In this document: in pieces, positions 12,929 through 26,349 of the stretch
How the letters are laid out: every line of letters begins with the position of its first letter
Position numbering within the stretch: position 1 is the first letter of the stretch
From: Eledone cirrhosa
Lineage: Eukaryota
NCBI GenBank assembly: GCA_964016885.1
Contig: OZ024740.1
Coordinates: forward strand, 41,788,001-41,852,000
DNA: 64,000 bases
Direction: 5' to 3'
Translations under genes and position numbers: made by a program
Notes under the pieces: generated by a model
Databases searched by the model: none
What the model was told of the DNA's origin: nothing
What the model saw: only the letters and a program-made list of their open reading frames with translations

Positions 12929-13387
12929 ATGGGAGAGACTAAAAGAACTGAACCTCTACTCCTTGGAACGAAGACGGGAGAGATACGCAGTGATCTACAT
13001 GTGGAAAATCCTGGAGGGACTAGCACCAAACTTTGGCATTGGGAGCTGGATCAACCGTCGAACAGGACGTCACTATGTGGTGCCAAAGGTCCCGTCTTCC
13101 ACATCTAGAATAAGGAGCAGATATTGCAATAGCCTGGGATTCAAGGGCCCTCAACTCTTCAACAAGCTGCCGAGGGATCTAAGAGATTTGCATGGTGTGG
13201 AGGTGGATGTCTTCAAGAAACATCTCGACACCTTGCTATCCAGGATCCCGGATGAGCCCACAGCAAGGCACGAGGGAAACCTAAGGGCAGCAGCAACAAA
13301 CGCCCTCTTACACCAGTGGCCAACCAATATAGGCTGGAGATAAAATGTGTAGCAACAAGGGCGGTGCCCCAGCATGGCCTCAGCCAT
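12929..13387 (+). mobile_element. 5'-truncated CR1-group (CR1/L2/Crack-like) LINE 3' end
   Basis: WERLKELNLYSLERRRERYAVIYMWKIL...GPQLFNKLP...[16 protein letters not shown] is a typical CR1-group ORF2 C-terminus; short 3' UTR; inserted in (TA)n. Confidence 0.85.
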
Positions 13388-13397
13388 ATATTTATAT

Positions 13398-13983
<586 letters not shown>

Positions 13984-13984
13984 T

Positions 13985-14039
<55 letters not shown>

Positions 14040-14043
<4 letters not shown>

Positions 14044-14492
14044 TGTTATACTTTGCGAGGGTCATGTTGCCAATAAGAAACACACGCACCAGTTGCTTTC
14101 ACTTCAATTTTTTATAAATTTTATAAATATAAATTTTATAAATTTTGGGTTGGTTGGTTCAACAACCGAATGGTTGTTTATATATTGTCAAAGATCTTTC
14201 GTCACACATTCTGTGACCTTTTCAGTGACTGGGGATTCTTTTCTTTGTTTTGTACCTCTTCTTTGTTCTGTCCTACGACATCTTGTTTTTGGCGTAGGAC
14301 AGAACAAAGGAGAGGTACAAAACAACGAAAGGAAGTCCCAGCCACTGAAGAGGTCACAGAATGTGTGACGAAAGAACTTTAATAACCAACCAACCAACCG
14401 GAAATTTATAAAATTTATAATAAATTGAAATGAAAGCAACTGGTGCGTGTGTTTCTTACTGGCAACATGACCCTCCCAAAGTATAACAATAT
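14040..14492. mobile_element. Long fold-back element (~220-bp arms) with hammerhead motifs; further copy at 27042-27330
   Basis: Arms mirror around ~14285; left arm (minus) gtca CTGAAAA g gtcac..gtgac GAAA gatc TT tgac; right arm gcca CTGAAGA g gtcac..gtgac GAAA gaac. Confidence 0.7.
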
Positions 14493-14585
14493 CCGTTTCA
14501 ATACACGTTTTCAGATAAAGAATCTGGCTAAACAAATTCAGAAACGAAATATATATTTATATATATATATATATATTTATATATA

Positions 14586-14708
14586 TAACGAAGGAAATGT
14601 GGAAAGGAACCAGATGGACCATAACGCACCAAAGTACTCAATACTTAAGTCCAGAATTAGCCGTCGAAACGGCTTGAGCTCTGCTGTCGGGGTCATACTT
14701 GTTCCTAT
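14586..14708. mobile_element. Small TA-inserted fold-back family (family E), copy 1
   Basis: Shares ccagaattagccgtcgaaacggcttgagctc and the tail with copies at 26163, 29494, 29906 and 62565. Confidence 0.75.
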
Positions 14709-14853
14709 TTATATATATATATATATTTATATATTCATATATATATTTATATATATATATATATATATTCATATATATATTTATATATATAAATATTTCG
14801 TTTCTGAATTTGTTTAGCACGATTCTTTATCTGAAAACGTGTGAAGTTTGGAA

Positions 14854-15259
14854 TTGAAATAGAAATAGAAGCTTACCGTAAATTTGACTAAATAATATCA
14901 TGTAATACTGGGGCGTATATAACCACTAAACGGATATAGATGGGTATCATCAAATATGGGAGCTGATACACAACTGTTTCTGCTCATTGGGTTTATACGC
15001 CCCAGTATTACACCATATTATTTAGTCAATGGCGGTGGATTTGCAGTATCGGTAGAGGACGGACGCCATACTTTGAAGCATAGAGTTACCTCCCTTTATG
15101 ATCACAGTTCAAATCCCGCCGAGGTTAACTTTGCCTTTCATCCTTACGGGGTTGATAAAATAAAGTACCAGTAATGTACTGGGATACTTGCTGGCCTGGT
15201 GCCAAATGTAGAAACAATTATTTAGACAATGTTACGGTGAAACGTCTATTTCTATTTCA

Positions 15260-15260
<1 letters not shown>
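14854..15260. mobile_element. MITE-like inverted-repeat element split by a SINE
   Basis: ttgaaatagaaataga...taatactggggcgtata mirrors tatacgccccagtatta...tctatttctatttcaa once the SINE is removed. Confidence 0.65.
15031..15220 (+). mobile_element. tRNA-derived SINE with 15-bp TSD
   Basis: attatttag(t/a)caatg at 15017-15031 and 15217-15231. Confidence 0.92.
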
Positions 15261-15312
<52 letters not shown>

Positions 15313-15752
15313 TATGCACTCGCCCCCTCCCCCACAAACATACATGCATGTATATGCATATATATACATATATACATATACATATATATATATGTGTGTA
15401 CATACATATGTATGTACACACATACACATATATATGCATACATATGTATATATATATATAGTATATATATATATATATATTCATATATATATACATATAC
15501 ATGCATATACATGCATATATGTACCCGTAGACCCCCCCCACACACACGCACACACACATATATATATATAAATTTTCTGGCGTTTAGCAGCAGTACCATT
15601 GTTTCGAATAAAATTATATTATTTTAAAAATATATATTTCTATAAAACTTCAGAGTATTAAATTCTCTAAATTCCTTGTATCGAATCCTTTAATATTTGA
15701 TTGCCTTACTTAATCCCAACCTTCAAATAACCTAAGTTTTTTTACACACATG

Positions 15753-15866
<114 letters not shown>

Positions 15867-17100
15867 ATCTATATATATGTATGTATATCTATATATATGT
15901 ATGTATATCTATATATATATATGTGTATATATATATATGTATATATATATATAATATATATATGTATATAATATATATATATACACAATATATATATAAT
16001 ATATATACATGATATATATATATAATATATACATAATATATTTACATAATATATATACATAATATATATATAATATATATAATGTATACATATATATATA
16101 TAATATATACATAATATATATATATACATAATATATATATATAATATATACATAATTATATATATATATATAGTAAATATAATATATATATACACATAAT
16201 ATTATATATATATATATATATAGATATAGATATGTATATATAAATATACAATATCCCTAGGTGTAAAAAGGAAAAAAGGGAAACACTGCGCAATCGGCAA
16301 GGGTAATATTATATTATTTATGTTCATACACGGCACAAAACGGTACTTAAGTTAGCGAAAGATATGTCGGTATGGTGCAAGATCATTTTAAACAACTCTT
16401 TACTCGCATTCCCACTTCTTCAGGATTGCTGATATGAGAACCAGTACAGCCCTGCCGAAAACGTCTGACAATAAAGGAGAAAGGAGTCCCACATATGATT
16501 ACTTGGAAGATACATGACATATACAGACTTTACAGCAACGGTACCAAGAAAAGTCGTCACTGTCTTAGTGAGAAATTTAGAATATTTCAACGTTAGTCAT
16601 TTCTGCACTATAATTATGTGAACAAAAAAATAATTTTTAGATGATGCTTCCATCTCAAACGCCAACTGCTTGCTAAGTGAAATTACTCAACAAATTCGAC
16701 TGTATTTCAACCACTTTAATTCGATTTATATACACTCAAAATATTTTTCTTTTTGTTTTTTTTCCCACACTTACATAATTTAGTACACCGTCTATAATAC
16801 TCTACTCCATACCTCAATAAAGATTATCATCATATGACTCTACTTTTGCTTTAGCGTACGAACACTAACACGTATAAGATCTCGCTTTTCAAATTTACGT
16901 CTTGGAGTTATTTCCCTTTGTTATAATGCATTTTTCGTAAATTAGCGCTTTTAGCACTCATTACTTTCAAACTCATATCTTATAAACTCGTATAAACGCC
17001 TGAAGATAGGTCCTAATTTTTAAACCTCTTACATTCTGGAAAAATGGTCACTATTGAGCCTTGAAACCTTAGGTGGCGCTTTTGTTCCGTATACCATAAG

Positions 17101-17280
17101 TAAATAAAAATAAAATAAAATAAAATAAAATAAAATAAAATAAAATAAAATAAAATAAAATAAAATAAAATAAAGTAAAGTAAAGTAAAGTAAAGTAAAG
17201 TAAAGTAAAGTAAAGTAAAGTAAAGTAAAGTAAAGTAAAGTAAAATAAAATAAAATAAAATAAAATAAAATAAAATAAAA
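17101..17280. repeat. (TAAAA)n-(TAAAG)n-(TAAAA)n pentanucleotide microsatellite
   Basis: Direct reading. Confidence 0.95.
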
Positions 17281-17290
17281 TATATATATG

Positions 17291-17760
17291 TACTAGTCGA
17301 ATTACCCACGCCTTGCTGCGTTTCACACATTTTCTTTTGTAAGAAGATGATGATTGATTTTAAATCAGTGATATCATTTATGGAGAAAAACCCTGCATTT
17401 CAATACTACTCAATGTAAAATGTAATGCATGAAAAATTGGAAAACATTATTTTTTGTAATATATCAAATCAAAATTACATTATTAAATCTTATTCTTAGT
17501 TTGTTTCTTGTAAATAATAAAGAAAAAATATCAATTCAAAACTTTTGTGAATAGGCATCATATCTTGTCATTTACCTATGGTTAAAATTTCATATAAATC
17601 GAAGGGAAAAAGTTTCAGCGGGGGTTTGTGCCTCCGGGAACCCTTTGATTAAAATGAAATATACTTATCCAAGTACCCTGGGCAATGTAGTTTCAGAATA
17701 TATATGGAGGAGTTCGTGAACAAAAAAACAAAACAAAAAAAGAAACAGACAGGAACTACA

Positions 17761-17768
<8 letters not shown>
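17291..17768 (+). mobile_element. Non-autonomous Helitron/Helentron-like (Lep1/HINE-type) element
   Basis: Starts tactagtcgaattacccacgccttgctgcg and ends with (acaa/acag)-like repeats then actttatatatat, the layout of Lep1/DINE-like elements; recognised by pattern only. Confidence 0.45.
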
Positions 17769-17802
<34 letters not shown>

Positions 17803-17810
<8 letters not shown>

Positions 17811-19502
17811 TAAAAAGGAAAAGAAAATGCTGACAAATTTTTCCCAGTGAAAAATAGTTTAATTAGGAATAAGTATAAATTAGTATAAGTATTAGTTATT
17901 ATTCAGTTTTAGTTTCAAGTTTTTACCGGTTGCGCATTTCTTTTGCTTTTCAAAAATAATTTTGAGATAGAGTGCTCGTGATTTTTGCTCTAATCTGATC
18001 AGTTTTGGAAATTCTTCCTGTTTTATGTGAAAAAAGTAGCTTGGAAGGTATTGAGATTTGGTTGGTTGTTTAATGTCACGTGAATAAGCACTATAAATTT
18101 CGCGCCAATTCGTATTGCAAAAATTCTTGTAGTCAAAACAATTATGATTGGTCAGTAGAAGTCACGTGAATGTTAAAATTGATTTTAGCGCGAACTGGTT
18201 TCGCGCCAAATGTAGGTTTGTCGAAGAATGTCCTTTTCCGCTTGATTGAGTTGCAGTCATGTTGAGAGGTCAACAGTTCAGGTGTCCATTAAGACAAATA
18301 TGTGTGTGTGTGTGTGTGTGTGTAGCAAAGTGGTTCATTGTTGTGATAATGGAAATGAATCGGTCAGTAGGAATGTGTGTGTACGTGTGCGTGTGGGGGG
18401 TTATTTTAACATGTTGAAACATATTTTTCAGCTCTTGTCTTATACGGAGAAGTGTGTGTGTGTGTGTATGTCTGTCTGTATGTTAGTGTACGCGTGTGCA
18501 TGCGCGCGCACGCGTTGCGCGCGTGTGCGTGTGGATGGACCAGTATTTTTGTGGTACTGGTAAAAATGGCGTACATTATTCGATATTTTCAGTCATTTGC
18601 AAAAACGATTCTCTCAAAAGAACATCAATAACATCAATAACAAAAGAGGTGAAATGATGTATAGTATTGTCATAACAACAAGGCGTGTGTGAGTCCAGAT
18701 TGTACGTACTACAAGGGGAATCCATTAGGCCCTGCCGTATAGGATACTTGTGTACAAATATGTATGTGCCCATCAATGTGCGTATGTGTATGTGTGCGTG
18801 TCGGCACGTGTATATCTATAAACATCAAAAGGTATGCGAATTTGTGTATATTTGTGTTGCACCATAGAACATGTGTGTTTACGTATGTCATTGTGTTTAT
18901 ATGTGGATAGAAATGCATGTAGGATGTATGATGATGTAGGTATGTATGTCAACGTGTGTATGTTGTGGGTTCGTGTTAGGAAGAAGTGTTTAGACGGGGT
19001 CTGTATTTGTTAAAGTGAGATTCCTTGCTGATGCGCTGGGTGTGGGTGGCATTATTGGCAGTATCGGTAGAGGGTCGGACGCCATGCTTTCCAGCATAGT
19101 TACGTCCCTTTACGATCTGAGTTCAAATCCCGCCGAGGTTGACTTTGCCTTTCATCCTTACGGGGTCGATAAAATAAAGTACCAGTCATGCACTGGGTGA
19201 TTGCTGGCCTTGTGCCTAAAGTAGAAACAATTATCTTTAAATTTGTTGAGGGAAAAGGTTCTAAAGTTGGGATGATTTTGGACGGCACAGGTATCAATGT
19301 GTTTACTCAGTGCTATTTTTCTGTATTCCCGTATTTTGATTTGGGATCTATGGACAGTCATACACACATACACAGACACACACATATTTGTCTTAATAGA
19401 CACCTGAACTGTTGACCTCTCAACATGACTGCATCTCACAGATGTACGTACACATTCCTACTGACCAATTCATTTCCATTATCACAACAATGAACCACAT
19501 TG

Positions 19503-19548
<46 letters not shown>

Positions 19549-20076
19549 TCGTCTTAATAGACACCTGAACTGTTGACCTCGCAACATGACTACAACACAA
19601 TCAAGCGGAAAAGGACATTCTTCGACAAACCTACATTTGGCGCGAAACCAGTTCGCGCTAAAATCAATTTAAACATTCACGTGATTTCTATCGACCAATC
19701 AAAATTGCTTTGACTACAAGAATTTTTGCAACACGAATTGGCGCGAAATTTATAGTGCTTATTCACGTGATATTCAACAACCAACCAAATCTTAATACCT
19801 CCCAAGCCACTTTTTTCACATAAAACAGGAAGAATTTCCAAAACTGATCCGATTAGAGCAAAAATCACGCCCACTCTATCTCAAAATTATTTTTGAAAAG
19901 CATAAGAAATGCGCAACCGGTAAAAACTTAAAAGTAAAACTGAATACTAACTAATACTTTATTACTAATTTATACTTATTCCTAATTAAACTATTTTTCA
20001 CTGGGAAAAATTTGTCAGCATTTTCTTTTCCTTTTTACTAATATATCACATCTCGTGTGTCACGCCTCTATCTTTT

Positions 20077-20080
<4 letters not shown>
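17803..20080 (+). mobile_element. ~2.3-kb element with ~590-bp inverted arms and a ~35-bp one-sided tail, in (TA)n (Penelope-like pseudo-LTR pair)
   Basis: 17803-18386 is the inverted copy of ~19444-20045; the tail tcacatctcgtgtgtcacgcctctatc is on the right only and also in the copy at 29155-29382; hammerhead-like motifs at 17921-17956 (minus) and 19890-19925 (plus). Confidence 0.75.
19045..19233 (+). mobile_element. tRNA-derived SINE nested in the 2.3-kb inverted-repeat element
   Basis: Consensus match. Confidence 0.9.
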
Positions 20081-20162
<82 letters not shown>

Positions 20163-21076
20163 TGTATGTATGTATGTATGTATACACAAAAAAATATATT
20201 TAACTGTATAGAAACATTCACATATACGTATATAATTTAACTACAACAAAAATATATTTCCAGAAACGTTATTAGCTGTGTGCATTTGTATATATATATA
20301 TATAGTCTCGTAATTTATAGAGACATGTGTCTTACTTATGAAGTTTAGTAGTTTGTAACCAAACAATTATGGATTGTCAATTGCAACTTCAATGCTTTGA
20401 TATATTTGTCTGTCTTTTCTGTTTGCAAACATGCACTATATTACATACGAATAGCAAAATCTACTAAGCTTCATCAATATAATCTCAAGATGTTAAAGGA
20501 AATCATATACAGTTATAATGAACGTACAAAGACTGTGAAATAGCGACATATTTCACATTAACCATTGGTTAGATAACAAATTCCAAAGCACTGTCAAAAA
20601 GATTTGGCTGAATTCTGGTCACAGGCAGAAATAGCTGATTAATCTTACCGTTGTTTAACAACCGTTAGTGAGTTAAAACACATTCTAACGACTTTCACAT
20701 GAAATCCACAGCTTTCCTCAATTCTGATAAAATAAAACAAATTTGGAACTATTTTTGATTTATTTTCAATTTTTTCTTAATGGTTTAGAATATAATTCCC
20801 TTTTCCAATAATACCATGAATAAATAAACAATCAATATTTGTAATATTTCGAATTAGCATATTTTAAAAATTGTTGAAAAAATCAAGAAAAGGACAAAAT
20901 AATTATGAAAAAAAAAAAAAAAAAAAACAAAGCAAAAAAATATTGTTTAATCGTTCCAAATATTTTAGTAAATAAATTTGTGAAATGATATTGTTCTCTC
21001 GTTTTCCTTCCCAGTACTGTTAGTGTCACTGGTTATTTCCATTCAGTTTTAGACAAACAATGATGGCATCAAATCT

Positions 21077-21083
21077 TTTATTT
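21077..21083 (-). terminator. Candidate polyadenylation signal AATAAA for the GPCR
   Basis: tttatt on the plus strand ~150 nt past the stop codon; other candidates exist further downstream. Confidence 0.3.
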
Positions 21084-21229
21084 TTTCCAATGAAAAGTGC
21101 AAATTGCTTTTTGAAATGTCAATTATGAAGCGTTTCATTCAAATCTAGGTTAAGAGGCAATAAGACGAGAAGCAATGGATGAAATAGCCAATGGATTGAG
21201 GGGTATTTTAAATTGCATTAAACGAAATG

Positions 21230-22336
21230 TCATGGGCAAGCACTGTCTGCTTGGTCTGTTTCAGCTTGTTGATCGTTCAGTACAGTCAACTCGTACATAG
21301 TGGTTCGTGTATCCGCTTCATTCGACAATTCTACCCGACATGCACCTAAAGTTTTAAACAGAACAGGACGGAACGTGCGGAAAAGGACTTTTCTAAACTT
21401 ACGACCAACTGCTGTATAAACCAAGAAATTAACCGAGGAATTAAATATAAATAATGTATTACTAACTGCTAACAATTTAAGCAATACTTCGTCTGGGAGG
21501 AACTCATATTGAACAAATAAACCTGGTGTTTGACAAACAATAAAGATTACAACAATTAAAACCAAAACGAGACTCATGTTTGCTTCGTTGTCTTCTTCCA
21601 CCTTCATTCCAACTCGACGTTGTCGCATTTTCATGAGTTCAATGATGAGTAGAACGTTGAGGACGAAAAGTACAAGTAATGGAATAATGAAAATCAAGAT
21701 GGAATACATTAAACCACTGTATATTTCTTTGTATATATATGATTGACCATATGTAGTTAGCATTACATCATAGCCTACGCCTAATGGTAAACGGCTCGGT
21801 TTATTATTAAAGAGACGCGGGATATTATACAACACTGAGAAAATGACTGTTACTCCAATCACAGTAAAAGCTTTACAACGAGTTAGTAGACGGATAGAAA
21901 TAAACGGATGACAAATAGCAATGTAACGCTCAATTGTAACACTGACGGTAATCCATACATTTATAGCTTGAACAGTCATTACCACATAATTGCAGGGTAC
22001 AAATATCCTAGGATAAATAAATAATTTGAAATAATTTAAACTCTTCGTATAATTAGCGATGCTAATGGGAGTAAGCAGAAGGAAAGCAAAAATTAATATC
22101 AGCGTGTCAGTGACCACAAGAGTTCTTAGATAGAATATTGCTGTCGATTGCATTTCTTTGCGCCATAGAACAATAATTGTTAGAATATTGCCAATTAGAC
22201 CAAAGAGAACTATGACTGGAACAATAATTCCCCAAAAGAAGAAATGTACCCTAAAAGCTTCCTCGTTATCATCCGTATGAGGTAAAGTTCCGTTAGTGGT
22301 AGTGTTCAGGGTTGTACGTAAACTGACTTCTTCCAT
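21230..22336 (-). CDS. Class A (rhodopsin-like) 7TM GPCR, FMRFamide/sex-peptide/myosuppressin-receptor-like, single coding exon, 368 aa
   Basis: Seven hydrophobic segments; TM1 GLIGN, TM2 LVVTD, TM3 ERYIAICHP, TM4 YNIPRLF, TM5 FIIP, TM6 CQTP, TM7 NSSVNFLVY, helix 8 GRKFR; N-terminal sequons NTT and NGT; lies in a repeat-poor island (~20300-23500). Confidence 0.95.
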   Translation of the reverse strand: MEEVSLRTTLNTTTNGTLPHTDDNEEAFRVHFFFWGIIVPVIVLFGLIGNILTIIVLWRKEMQSTAIFYLRTLVVTDTLILIFAFLLLTPISIANYTKSLNYFKLFIYPRIFVPCNYVVMTVQAINVWITVSVTIERYIAICHPFISIRLLTRCKAFTVIGVTVIFSVLYNIPRLFNNKPSRLPLGVGYDVMLTTYGQSYIYKEIYSGLMYSILIFIIPLLVLFVLNVLLIIELMKMRQRRVGMKVEEDNEANMSLVLVLIVVIFIVCQTPGLFVQYEFLPDEVLLKLLAVSNTLFIFNSSVNFLVYTAVGRKFRKVLFRTFRPVLFKTLGACRVELSNEADTRTTMYELTVLNDQQAETDQADSACP

Positions 22337-23159
22337 GATTAAGAAATTCCTTCACAGTCATATAAATATATATTTTGATAGATATCAACATAAAATCATG
22401 ACCATAATAATTTATTTTGTAAGTGAAAATTCGTGAACACGTAAATTATCCAATTACTCTTCAAGCTCCACTTTGAATTGAAAATGTCTTATTTGTATGG
22501 TAATATATAATACCAATTATATAGTAATAAAATATCCGTTTATGGGTTATATCACAGAATAATCCGAGGCTCCAATAAATCAAGGATGATTTTCTTTCTC
22601 ATATTTTGTGCATTTAACAGTTACAAAGATGTGATGAAGCTTGAAATAATAGCTCTCCATGTAGAACAACTGTCGCAATATATTATATCTCAGTTACTTT
22701 ATGTGTATTTAATAATGATTTCACTGTCTTCATCCGTTTTATAAAAGATCACCGAAGAGATAATATATATATTATTGTCAATGTGTTTCAAAATAAAAGA
22801 TGACTTTATTTAAGCATAAAACAAAGAAATGTCCATGATATTGTAAATAAGCTAGGGTTGTATTTCGATATTGATTACTTTAAGTACTTTCAATAAAGAA
22901 ATGTTTCAATGGAGTCATAGGATGAAATAGTAGATATAAATGAAATATAAGTGTTACTTAAATTCTACTAGATGGATGAAAATGTGTTACTTTCTTCCAA
23001 TTATCACAATTTTCAGTCAATAATATAGTACCGATAATATAGTTTAGATGTTGCTTCTGAGAATTGACATTTTCTTAAACTGTATATATTGGAATCCAAA
23101 AAGTCGTCTTTCATGTTGTTACATCCAGGACGTCTCGGAATCTTTCCTGCATTTCTTAT

Positions 23160-23190
23160 CTGGAATACAAAAAAAAAAAAAAAAAATAGA
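23160..23190 (-). promoter_or_regulatory. Putative 3' splice acceptor for the GPCR coding exon (implies ~820 nt of 5' UTR in this exon and upstream non-coding exon(s))
   Basis: Minus strand reads tcta-poly(T)-gtattccAG|ataag: a long polypyrimidine tract plus CAG, near the edge of the repeat-poor island. Confidence 0.5.
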
Positions 23191-23789
23191 CACGTTATTT
23201 AGATGGCAAAGAAAATATTTGTTTGATAGAAAATAGCAGAAAACTGATATCACTGCATGTCGTGCTATTTTTAATAAAAAAAACAAAACAAAACAATAAC
23301 AATAACAAACACCTCGTAACTGCTGAATCATCGAGGAGTGGCCTTTGAATGTGAGTACGGTAACATTGTTTGCAATAATATTTATTACATCACTTCAATC
23401 TTAATATTAGCTATAGTTAGCCATCACATGATCAAAACATGCATTCTTTTCTATTAGAGAAAGAATACATCGCCATTGAAAGGTATCAGCTATCTCTAGA
23501 TTTTTTAGTCATTTGTCACCAAAGAAACATTGAAGAGGTCACCCCCCCCCCCCACACATACTTACACACACTCACACAATATATAGACATAAACTCATAC
23601 ATACAAATACACTTTCGCATATATACACATACATATACATACACACACACACGCACACACACATACACACATACACACGCATATGCCTATATACACTCGT
23701 AAACATATCTTTATATAAAGTCCTCTTCAGAGTACAACCAATTATGTAGTAAAAACCCCGGTCACGTAGTTTTACAATCTTACAAAAAC

Positions 23790-23908
23790 ATTACAACGGT
23801 TAAGACATTACAACGGTTAAGATATTACAACGGTTAAGAGATTACAACGGTTAAGATATTACAACGGTTAAGATATTACAACCGTTAAGATATTACAACG
23901 GTTAAGAT
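23790..23908. repeat. 17-bp minisatellite, 7 copies (attacaacggttaagat)
   Basis: Direct reading; head-to-tail with no spacers. Confidence 0.92.
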
Positions 23909-25015
23909 AAAACAAACTCCACAAACAAGGAAATGGGTTAACTGTAATTATTGGATTAAACTGGAATGAAGATCAATTAGTAAAGAGGATAATCCTGTAG
24001 CTTATAATTATTCAAGAACCACCTAATCTTGGTGAAATGGTTATGAAATTCCTTTGGTGATTACAATGATCCTAATTCAATATCCCACAGAATCATGGAT
24101 AAATGTCACAATGCTTTCAGTTTTATCGATTTAATTATTGTGGCTGAAATTGGGGGAATGGACACTGGTCGACAATTGGATGGACAGCAGCAGTAAGATC
24201 AAAAGAGTAACTTGTTCAATGTTGCCTGGAAGTTGTTCTATTTTCTGAATTTAAGGATTTTGAGTAAAACGGTAATCAATTTTCTTGGAATGACAGCAAC
24301 ACCACATTTTTACGTGGGTATAAACCCATATTTGAAATTCTTCGGATTGTCTTGACGTTCATTAAAAAAAAAAATGCACGACATCCTTGTGTTTTCAAGA
24401 AATGGCCAGATATTTTAATATTGTTCTGGTTTGTTCACACCCTCATTGCTGAGGGTCGTGGATCATGGACAATAGCACCGATACTAATCTATATGATGCT
24501 GTATGCCCATAATTCTCATCGGGAAAATAGTAATGTCGGTGGGTCCCGAATCACCTCCTGACCATTACTCGGAAGCTGACTATCGAGTCGAAGTTCATCT
24601 GCCTTCATCACAAGGATGAAATTGTTGGCCACTGAAAAGGTTGTCGACAAGCTGGCTGGGGAGTTCTATCTACTCGAGCTTTGAATTCAGAGGGATCCTT
24701 CTTCCAGACAGACTGCCAACCAACGCTAACAACCTCTTTATATATATATACTAGAATTTTTTCAACATACTGACGCGTATGTGTATATGTATGTGTGCGT
24801 GTGTATATGTGCATATGGATACATGTATATGTATGAGTATATAAATATAAACGCGCAAACACAGATACACTTACAAAAATACACACTCACAGACATACAT
24901 TCACACAAATACACATACATTTACACAAACACACACATACACTCACACAGTGTAACGCCAACCGCTGTTTTGCTTTAGGTTTTTCACCATCCCCTTCCTT
25001 CCTTTTACACACATA

Positions 25016-25094
<79 letters not shown>

Positions 25095-26129
25095 TGTGTG
25101 ACGGACGGAAGTCGCTCAAATTTATATATATATATTTGTAAGTAATAGCAATATTTTTGGTTGACAAATCAATTTTCTATTTCATCATCTGTAGTTGGTA
25201 AAGTGCTCAATAAAAAGATGTTTAATATTACGTTTTTTTTATAACAATGGAAACTGCCATCAAAATATTTCAAGCTTCTCTTATTTATTAGCTTTTTGAT
25301 TTTTCTTTTCCTTTATCTTCCCAGGGTTTCTCCTCTTTCTATTGTTAATGTATTTAGACCCTTTCTCATACAGACCATGTATTGATTTTTCTTAAGTCAT
25401 GAGCCTCACATTTCTATATTAGTTCTATTTTCGATAAATGTTTTTTCCATTTTCGAATTTTTAAATTTCTGTTAAATCTCTTGAAATCCATTGTACTGTA
25501 AAGGGGATATATACATATACACATTTATACATACATATATATATACATACATGGTGGCTGCCAACTCGTTTTCGAGTAAGGCCACTACTTTATATCCATG
25601 TAGGAGAACCCCTACCGATGCGCTGAACGAGTGTAACTTTTTAGTCCAGCCAGCGACTTGAAAACTCTGGTACAAACACTACACTTGTGACAATTATTGA
25701 CACATAGCGCTGGGCCCATGGTACCATGTGACGACAAGTGCAGAGAGATCTCCAGATATAAAGCAATACCTGTGCCGTGAAGCTTTTATAGTGAGCAAAG
25801 GCACTGCACAAAGCCAGTCCCACTCTCTTAACCAAGATGATATTTATCAAAAAGAAGAACAAGTCAACATCATTGAATACCATCAGAGTTTCAGGTGTTA
25901 TATCAGAGTTTTCCTTCTCCTAGAATTCTGCCTTGAAAAAGGCTAAGGGGTCATCTCTCCCGGAGATACATACATATATACATACATACATACAAACATA
26001 CATGTGTGCGCATATATCATCATGTTTATATATTATTCGATCAACAAGATCCTAGCGATCTGCATTTGTATGTACCCGTGAGAAGGCTTGCTACATACAA
26101 GATAAACCTGCTGGCGGCGTTGCGGTCGG

Positions 26130-26162
<33 letters not shown>

Positions 26163-26166
<4 letters not shown>

Positions 26167-26349
26167 AACCAGTAAGACCCCGACGGCTGAGCTCAAGCTG
26201 TTTCGACGGCTATAGTCCAGAATTAGCCGTCGAAACGGCTTGAACTCAGCCGTCGGGTCTTACTGGTTCCTATTACCCACTCTACTACCCTAAGTATTGA
26301 GTACTTTGGTGCGTTATGGTCCACCTGGTTGCTTACCACATTTCCTTCG

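Noticed and set aside
23790-23908. CRISPR- or iteron-like short repeats
   Set aside because: No spacers; a simple 17-bp minisatellite.
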